A stretch of DNA of 64,000 nucleotides from Eledone cirrhosa (taxonomy: Eukaryota), in assembly GCA_964016885.1 (NCBI GenBank), contig OZ024759.1, forward strand, positions 24,490,001 to 24,554,000. The letters are read 5' to 3'. Below the pieces are notes generated by a model. The model did no database searches and had not been told where the DNA came from. It saw nothing but the letters and a program-made list of their open reading frames with translations. A program made the translations under genes and the position numbers. Shown piece after piece: positions 54,571-64,000 of this stretch; the stretch's first letter is position 1, and each line of letters opens with the position of its first letter.

Positions 54571-54950
54571 ATATTAAAATATAACTATTAATAAAATAGA
54601 TGTTCTTTTGATCAATTACATTTTATTATACATATTTCGGATGTACAACAGTACGTCCTCATCAGACAAAATATAACGATACATGACATACCCTGAGATG
54701 TTATATGGTTAAGATTTAATCAATATAACATCTCAGGGTATGTCAAGTATCATTATATTTTGTCTGATGAGGACGTACTGTTGTACATCCGAAATATGTA
54801 TAATAAAATGTGATTGACCAAAAGAACATCTATTTTATTAATACTTATATTTTAATATTAATAACTCCTGAAAATTATTTTTTCGTTGAGTGCTTCCAAT
54901 CTACTGTAAAACTCATTCTTTGACATAATCATCGAATATTGTTTAACAAC

Positions 54951-54952
<2 letters not shown>
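54571..54952 (+). mobile_element. Fold-back HHR element family P8
   Basis: ~136-bp arms 54571-54706 / 54723-54858 with several mismatches, plus tail. Confidence 0.85.
54754..54812 (+). ncRNA. Type I hammerhead ribozyme (twin 54617-54675, minus)
   Basis: UAUAUUUUGU-CUGAUGA-GGAcGUAC(uguu)GUACaUCC-GAAA-UAUGUA-UA-AUAAAAUGUG. Confidence 0.88.
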
Positions 54953-55049
<97 letters not shown>

Positions 55050-55265
55050 TTAGGTATGAATCGAAGTTGATAGCTGCCATATAGCAGGTACTAACCGCCA
55101 TTACCATCACTATTACCGCCACCCTAACCACCACCCTTTCCACTATCAACCCACACTATTGCCAGAACGTAAACAATCCAAGCAACAGCAACAACAAAAG
55201 CCAATGTCATAGCTAATTGCAATACAGAACAACAACAAGACAAAACACAAACAACATACAAGTTC

Positions 55266-55296
<31 letters not shown>

Positions 55297-55613
55297 CCAC
55301 AACCACAACCACAAAAACCACTACAACAAACACCACCACCACCACAACAACACCAACAACAACAATAGCAATGTCTGCTATGCGTTAAATAATGGAGATC
55401 GGATTGCATCTGAGATCCGCCTGTTCTGCTATGCAATGCTGAGAGACGGAGCAAATGTGAGGAGACGTTATGGTGCTTGTGAATATCTGTTTAGTTAGGG
55501 TGTGGACGTCTGGCAGATGTGATCAGACTTGACAGATTATGGCCTACAGATCAATCTGTAACATGTTTCACTCTGATAGAGATCTGGAAGTGTCTCTATA
55601 GACATTTCTCTAC

Positions 55614-55985
55614 ATGTATGTATGTATGTATGTATGTATGTATGTATGTATGTATGTATGTATGTATGTATGTATGTATGGTTGTATGTATGTATGGTTG
55701 TATGTATGTATGGTTGTATGTATGTATGTATGTATGTATGTATGGTTGTATGTATGTATGTATGTATGTATGTATGTATGTATGGTTGTATGTATGTATG
55801 TATGTATGTATGTATGTATGTATGTATGTATGTATGGTTGTATGTATGTATGGTTGTATGTATGTATGTATGGTTGTATGTATGTATGTATGTATGTATG
55901 TATGTATGGTTGTATGTATGTATGTATGTATGTATGTATGTATGTATGTATGTATGTATGTATGTATGTATGGTTGTATGTATGT
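55614..55985. repeat. (TATG)n with GTTG interruptions
   Basis: Direct reading. Confidence 0.95.
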
Positions 55986-56126
55986 CGTATATGTATATAA
56001 ATATATGCATATATATACACACATATATATACAGGCGCATTTATTGCAACCTTACAACAACTATATATATATTGTTATACATCTTTAAATATACATTTAA
56101 CCATGCATCGATACATTCATATATAG

Positions 56127-56176
<50 letters not shown>

Positions 56177-56178
<2 letters not shown>

Positions 56179-56288
56179 GTAATAGGAACAAGTATGACCC
56201 CGACGGCAGAGCTCAAGCCGTTTCGACGGCTAAGAATTAGCCGTCGAAACGGCTTGAGCTCTGCCGTCGGGGTCATACTTGTTCCTAT
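56177..56288 (-). mobile_element. Fold-back P1 element, tail mostly lost
   Basis: Perfect ~50-bp arms around GAA at ~56234. Confidence 0.85.
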
Positions 56289-56695
56289 ATATATATATAT
56301 ATATAGAGAGAGAGATACATACATATATATATAATAACTAGATTGATACCTTCATTTCCCTCTCGCATTGTTTCTCTTCCTATATCCCCCCCCCCTCTCT
56401 CTCTATGTCTCAAATATCTCCGGCTAGGACGTTATCACATGGAATTTCTGTGCCTCAATAAAACTTCTGATTGGTGGAATGATAGACCAATCACACTGTT
56501 AACATTCTTTGCTAGGGCCGTGTTACATATTGTACAGATCGCAGTGAATAGAGGGATGTATTTTCCACCCACTACATACATACATACATACATACATATA
56601 AACATACATACATACACACATACATACATCCACACATGTGCATAAATATATAAATATATGCTTACATACACACATACATGTGAATGTATCTCTGC

Positions 56696-56728
<33 letters not shown>

Positions 56729-57087
56729 CATGTGTGTCTGTTTTTGTATGTTTGCGTGTATATATGTATACATGTATGTATGTATGTATGTATGCATGTA
56801 TGTACGTATATTTGCATGTATGCATATGCAGATGTATGTATCTGTATTTCCCATAATAATATTGATGCAAGAACGCAGCCTGAATTGCAATGTCAGTTTT
56901 GAAGAGGCTTTTCCCTGCAGTAATATGACATATATGTCAGATGTCCAGATTAAGGCGTCTTCAACTATTTCCAGAACCATTCTTATTATAATAGTTAGCA
57001 AATGTTACTTACCGCTTGTTTTAATAACAGAATGAATTTCACAGCTGGGCATATCTTTGGCAGAAGTTGAGTCCCACAAGATGACAA

Positions 57088-57243
57088 GATGGCAGAGTCG
57101 TTAGAAACTCTGATATAATGTTTTGTTGTTTTTTTTTACGGATTTCTGTACTCTGTGTTCAAATCCGGCCGAGGTCAACTTTGCCTTTCATCCATTTGAG
57201 GTCGATAAAAAAGTAACAGTTTAGTTAGTACTGGGATCGATTC
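57088..57243 (+). mobile_element. SINE family A, degenerate
   Basis: GTTCAAATCCGGCCGAGGTCAACTTTGCCTTTCATCC. Confidence 0.75.
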
Positions 57244-57364
57244 TTCCCTGCGTCTCTTTCTCTCTTTCATATTCTCTCACTTTCTTCTTTTCGGTGGTCG
57301 ATAGATAAAATTCATATTCAATCCTGGGATTGATTCTTCCTTTATATCACGTTTTTATTCCACC

Positions 57365-57468
<104 letters not shown>

Positions 57469-57471
57469 TCA

Positions 57472-57502
<31 letters not shown>

Positions 57503-57503
57503 C

Positions 57504-57534
<31 letters not shown>

Positions 57535-58592
57535 CCTCACTCTCTCTCTCTCTCACACACACAGACACATACACATATTCTCTCATATATGCACACTCTT
57601 ATACAAACACGCTCTCACACACATTGTCTCTCACTCGCACACTCTTTTTCTCTCTCGCTCGTTCTCTCTTTCTTTCTCCGTCTCACTCTCTCTCTCTCTC
57701 TCTCTCTCTCTTCGTATATATTCCGAGTTCAAATCCCACTAGATAGATAAAATAAAATAGCGGTCATATACTTGGGTTGATTTAATGCAACAAATCTGAG
57801 AGGTGTTAACAATGGTGTAGGGTTCGGGGGAACCGTTTCTGCACTCCAGAATTAACTATTGTACGCTTATTTAATTAACGTAATTAATTTTAACCGTTAA
57901 TTGGGCAGTAGTTGGTTCTGTGCAGTGAGTAATTGAAACCAACACACCAGAAAATAACATTAATTATTTTTGTTCTGAATCGTAATTAGTGTACGTCACA
58001 CACACACACACACACATACTACACACACACACACTCACACATACCTCTTACATACTACACATAGCTCTCACACACACATAGCTCACACACACACACACAC
58101 ACACATACCTCTTACATACTACACATAGCTCACACACACATATACTACACATACTACACATAGTTTTGTTCTGAATCGTAATTAGTGTACGTCACACACA
58201 CATACTACACACACACACACATAGTTCACACATACTACACATTGCTCACACATACACATAGCTCACACACACACATAGCTCACACACACACATACTACAC
58301 ACACACACACACATACCTCACACACACATACATAGTTCACACACACAGATAGCTCACACACACATACTACATACACACACATACATACACATAACTCACA
58401 CACACACATACTACACACACATCTCACACACACACACACATCTCACACACATACACATAGCTCACACACACATAGTTCACACACACACACATACACAAAC
58501 CTCACACATACATATAGCTCACACACACAGCACACTCACACAGACACCACATAGTTGCAACACTTACACCCGCAAACCCATTTACATCTACG

Positions 58593-58676
58593 TATTGGGT
58601 CATCAAGTATGACATTTGTAGAACATTTTTTTTTTAAATATAAATTTCTACAAATTTCATACTTGATGACCCAATA
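58593..58676. mobile_element. Mariner-like MITE
   Basis: ~31-bp TIR TATTGGGTCATCAAGTATGA(C/A)ATTTGTAGAA with TA ends. Confidence 0.8.
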
Positions 58677-58799
58677 CATACTTACATATAAAAATTATGA
58701 ATTTATAAGTGAACACGTATATTCACAGACATACGCACACAGGCTTACAAACACAAACACACACATACACATACACACAACTTATTTAATATACATGGT

Positions 58800-59110
58800 C
58801 CCGTAACTTCTGACGGAGCCGTAGAGGGCACTGCATTGACATACAGCGTTTCTAAGGCATTTTTAAAACCTGGCGGAGCCCATCTCCTCTCCAGGCCTGA
58901 ATACACCAGATTTCTTCCAAAGCAGGATAGGAAAGGGTGAAAGACGAAGAATGGACCCCAGTACTAGACTCGTACATTTTTCTATCGACCTCGAATGGCT
59001 GAAAGGCAAAGTTGACCTCGGCGGAATTTGAACCCAGAGAACTTACAGCTGAAACGAATACTGAAAAGCATTCTATCCGATGTTCTAACGACTCTGTTAA
59101 TTAGCTGCCT
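58800..59110 (-). mobile_element. Full-length SINE family A2
   Basis: Minus-strand head GGCAGCTAATTAACAGAGTCGTTAG, B-box GGTTCAAATTCC, A2 tail. Confidence 0.8.
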
Positions 59111-59252
59111 AACGTATGAAAGGAAGCTAATTAAGAAAGAATAATTGTGGGATTAAAAAAGAATGTGGCAATGAGGAATAACAATAATTGTCAATGATTA
59201 ATCATATCTTGAATATTTCGATAATTACGTGGAACAAGTTACGGAAAGTTTC

Positions 59253-59530
59253 GCTCTTATTAAACCTTCTTAGTGAAGCATAGACACATAGACATCACCG
59301 CTCTTATTACAACTTCTTAGCGAAGCATAGTCACATAGACATCAATGCCTTATTACACCTTCTTAGCGAAGCATAGACACATAGACATCACCGCTCTTAT
59401 TAAACCTTCTTAGTGAATCATAGACACATAGACATCACCGCTCTTACTACACCTTCTTATGAAGCATAGGCACATAGACATCACCGCTCTTATTCAACCT
59501 TCTTAGCGAAGCATAGACACAGAGACATCA
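59253..59530. repeat. 47-bp minisatellite x6
   Basis: GCTCTTATTAAACCTTCTTAGYGAAGCATAGACACATAGACATCACC. Confidence 0.95.
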
Positions 59531-59770
59531 TTGCATGCCTTCGTAGTGATGAGAAATCGTTTATTTCTTTTTATTTATTATCTTTTAAATGCTCAGTGCA
59601 TTATCATTAACTTCACTAGGATCAGTAGTATGAAGCTGGGATATACAACCTATGTCGCTATATCTCCGTTATGCACTCACTGAGCCGGCGTCTACGGCTT
59701 TTGGCTAACTGCCCGAAGACGCTCGGAGATTTTCGTACTTTTATCTTGAAAACATTAATCACGTGAATAT

Positions 59771-59913
<143 letters not shown>

Positions 59914-60176
59914 ATGTATATATGTATATATATGTATGTATATATGTATGTATATATATATAGGTGTCTATAGATATACATGTATATATATATATTACAT
60001 ATATATGTATGTATTTATATTTATATATATATATATATATACATGTATATATATACATATATATATATACACACACATGTGTATATATATATATATATAT
60101 ATATACATATATATGTATGTATATATACATACATATACATATATATATATACAAATACATGTATATATATTTGAAA

Positions 60177-60215
<39 letters not shown>

Positions 60216-60236
60216 CACACACATATATATATACAC

Positions 60237-60268
<32 letters not shown>

Positions 60269-60354
60269 ATGAGTGAGCGTGTGCGAATGTATGTATATAA
60301 GTATATATAGATACATATATACGACACAGCAGAGAAGAAAGTAAAGAAGAAATG

Positions 60355-60386
<32 letters not shown>

Positions 60387-60699
60387 TTTTTTTTTCAAAG
60401 AATAATTTTTTTCATGTTTAAAAGAGAAGAATAAATATACCGCCGCCACCGCCACCACCACCACGACACCACCACCACTACCACCACTACCACTACCATC
60501 ACCATCACCATCACCACCTCCTCACCTTTACATTTTGTTGATGAATTACTCACATATGTCAGGGTTAGGGTAATTAGAATGTTAATGTGAATGTCTTGCA
60601 TCATACAAGTGTAAATGTATTTGTTTGTTGATAGTTCTATTTTCGCACGTGAATATGTATTTATCATCCAAAATAATACGCCATATGTGTTTGTATGTT

Positions 60700-60759
<60 letters not shown>

Positions 60760-60987
60760 TATCTGTATAAATATATATATATATATACACACATGTATAT
60801 ATATATATGTATATATATATATACACATGTATATATATGTATGTATATATGTATATATGTGTATATGTGTATATATGTATATATGTATATATGCATATAT
60901 GTATCTATATATATGTATGTATGTATGTATGTACATATATATATGTATATATAAATGTATATATAAATGTATATATATGTATATATA

Positions 60988-61022
<35 letters not shown>

Positions 61023-61182
61023 ATATGTATGTATATGTATATATATGTATATATGTGTATATGTATGAATATGTATATATATATATGTATGTATATATGT
61101 ATATATAAATGTATATGTATATATATGTATGTATATATATATATATATATGTGTGTATATATATGTATATATATATATATAA

Positions 61183-61241
<59 letters not shown>

Positions 61242-61253
61242 CATATGTATATG

Positions 61254-61284
<31 letters not shown>

Positions 61285-61807
61285 GTATATGTGTTTATAT
61301 CTCAGTCATATTGCTATCTCAGTCATGTTGCGACAATGAGAATTTCACTTTCCAATCCCAAGGACCTGTGTTATAACCCTACATCTATCCTTGTAAATAT
61401 CTCTTTCTCCCAATTTAATCACCTTAACTCCAAACCTAGCCCTAATTCTTACCCGGTATGTCATGAGTAAATACACACAGAACTTATATTTAATTATATC
61501 CTAGTAATCGTTTGTAGTTAAAATCACCTTTATATATCAATAATCAACATAAACTATAGGGTTTCTCTTATGCAAAATTAAACTTAGCAAAGTGCAAATT
61601 TCTAAGTTTGTATAATTGATCATATATCCAGATGTAAAATATAAAAATATGGCATACCTTTCATGGACTTCAATATATTATACGTTCAATTAGATAGCAA
61701 TGTGTGTGTGTGGGGGGGGGGGGGGGGTTAAATAACACAGCAGAGTGTCCTAAATAGCAAACAATACACTCAGCAAATCAAAGCCAATTATAAAATATTC
61801 GCCTATA

Positions 61808-61894
61808 TATTGGGTCGTCAAGCATGAAATTTGTAGAAAATTTGTTATTTTCTACAAATTTCTACAAATTTCATACATACTTGACAGTCCAATA
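61808..61894. mobile_element. Mariner-like MITE
   Basis: Same TIR family as 58593. Confidence 0.7.
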
Positions 61895-62689
61895 GATCCC
61901 AGACATCAATCCATATTTCGTGACCCTTAAAGTCCAACCGACCTACACCAATTACTCGTATGCGAGAGACAGACTTTATCAAATTGGACCTGTCATATTA
62001 CGCAGTTTCTGTATAATAATAAACAATAATTATTATTATCTGCAGTGACTACGACCCCATTGCGTCATAACGTACACCAACCAAATAATAATATATATAT
62101 ATATATACATACAAAAATATATATGTATGTATGCATGTATTTTTATATCATATATATGTATATAAATAAATATATATATATATATATATATATATCTTAC
62201 ATTTTCTTTGGCATCATCTGCATCGTTTCCTGAACACTCGTACAGTCCTATCCAGCGTATGGTGTCATCTTATCATGAAGATAGCAGTTGTGAATGTTGA
62301 ACTATTTATAATTCCGACGTTGCTCTGTTCAAAATACAAACACACACAGCACACATATGTTTGAAGATTAATAGCTACATAACTATTACTATATCAAAGA
62401 TTACTTAGCTGACGTTCTCGAAATGTCTATTCTTGGTGAAGATTACATATTTTAAGTAGCTTTCCGCTTACTTGCTATACTTTACTCTGTAAAACACACA
62501 CACACACATATATATATATACGTATATATATATATGTATATATGTATATATGTGTATATATATATGTATATATGTGTGTATATATATATATGTATATATA
62601 TGTGTGTATATATATATATATATACATACATATGTATATAACTATATATAAAGATTTTACCAGTTTTAAACTGGTAAGACCATTATTCA

Positions 62690-62846
62690 GCAGAGTACAC
62701 GACATTTGAGATAGTAGAGTGTAACTATATTAGACAGAGTCGGGGCCCGACGACTAAGCTCTTGCAGTTTCGATAGTTAATTCCAGACTAGAATTAGCTC
62801 TCGAAATGGCAAGAGCTCAACCGCCAAGCCCAGACTCTCTCTAATA
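62690..62846 (-). mobile_element. Old, diverged P1-like fold-back element
   Basis: CCCGACGACTAAGCTCTTGCAGTTTCGA...GAATTAGCTCTCGAAATGGCAAGAGCTC. Confidence 0.6.
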
Positions 62847-63178
62847 TATATATTAGAAAACAGCATATATATTTGAAAACAGCTGGTGATATGCATGTAA
62901 GTAAATATTTTCTCTATCTGATAGTTTGTAAACTTACATAGATCAATAACTGAGTATAGATACAATGTATTATCACCATCTAGAAACGATCGTAAAGCAG
63001 TGAAGTATATCTCTAATGACATGATTTTTTATTTCATTGTTTTAACTTATATCATGACTCTGTTTTCCTTTTAATGTTTTATTGTTTTCTGAGATTTATC
63101 TTAACCTACAACATTTTCAACATATGGATTACATCGAGTTCTTCATGCAGAATAGACCCCACAACTTACAGTGGATAC

Positions 63179-63219
<41 letters not shown>

Positions 63220-63472
63220 CATACAGATACAGATACGATGGTCGGCTGAAATGTTCATAGACTGAACAAGATACTCTCATGGAATAGTTAAATCAGGTTT
63301 ATTTTTCAACGTAGTCCTTAGAAAGAAAGAATGCAGTTATTAATAAGAGTTCAAATTAATGCATGGAGGATTTCATAGCTCTAGCACCGCTCTGTCATAG
63401 TCAGCTTATGAACTTTCACCCTACCCTCGTATATATGTGTGTGTGTGTTCGCGCGCGTGCGTGTATGATTTT

Positions 63473-63750
63473 AGAGGTCCTCCGTCGGTTCTTGACGACG
63501 AATGTTCAAGATGTTTGTTGAACGGAACAGAGATGTGTGCCCCTTAATATAGTATTCAAAGCGATTCAGCGTGACACATCGTGTGACGAAGCTCATTCTT
63601 TGAATTACAAGTGCAACTCATTTTTGCCAGCTGAGTAGACTGGAAAAACATTCAGATAAAATAGTGTCTTACACAAACACATAACGTGCTGCTTGTATTC
63701 AAACTCTAGACCTAACGATCTTTACCGAAACAGCCTACCCACTAACTGAA
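63473..63750 (-). mobile_element. Old family-B-type SINE
   Basis: ACTCATTTTTGCCAGCTGAGTAGACTGGA...GTGTCTT; related to 36010-36316. Confidence 0.6.
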
Positions 63751-64000
63751 ACCCCTTAAGAATTGCTCAACTAAAGTCCTCCCAGTTTGGCCTACATTTC
63801 GACTGGTTGTTTGCTTGTTTCGGTTAGTTTCTGAGATATATCATATTATACAACTGTAGTTCCCATCATTTTCACTACCAAAGATACCTATTATTTCTGT
63901 GTATTTTCCTACAGAACCTCTCCTACAATTATTTCCCATTGTGTTTCTTACAAAGTACTTGAACATTTGTGCTTAATTCAAAGAAACCTAAGCTGCAATC

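Noticed and set aside
54571-54858. Palindromes as sequencing fold-back artefacts
   Set aside because: The arms differ by several substitutions and end at a reproducible motif. Only 11937-12961 is perfect enough to still need read validation.
59253-59530. CRISPR-like regular repeats
   Set aside because: Contiguous 47-bp tandem units with no unique spacers.
61320-61460. Telomere-like or Helitron-end AACCCT motifs
   Set aside because: Too few and too degenerate to support a call.

Overview
AT-rich eukaryotic DNA dominated by microsatellites ((TA)n, (CA)n, (CT)n, (TATG)n and trinucleotides). It is most likely intronic or intergenic octopus/cephalopod sequence; this is inferred from recalled SINE families and not verified by a search. 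Nearly all listed ORFs are translations of simple repeats, and no intact protein-coding gene is supported. Recognisable content: many tRNA-derived SINEs (two families, one forming a 173-bp tandem array), LINE 3' remnants (RTE-like, RLE-type, and an L1/Tx1-like insertion with a 15-bp TSD), Tc1/mariner-, pogo- and piggyBac-like MITEs, and minisatellites. The main signal is about 11 sequence-unrelated families of short non-coding elements sitting in (TA)n tracts. Most are fold-back palindromes carrying type I hammerhead ribozyme (HHR) motifs, consistent with Penelope-like-element pLTR remnants or retrozymes. They include a 310-nt tandem retrozyme-like unit with four HHRs and two families with a compensatory U3-A8 core. 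A covarying ACUC-stem-bulge-GAGU hairpin begins 4-7 nt beyond the fold-back boundary in seven families. All structures were folded by eye, and element boundaries are approximate to a few bases.
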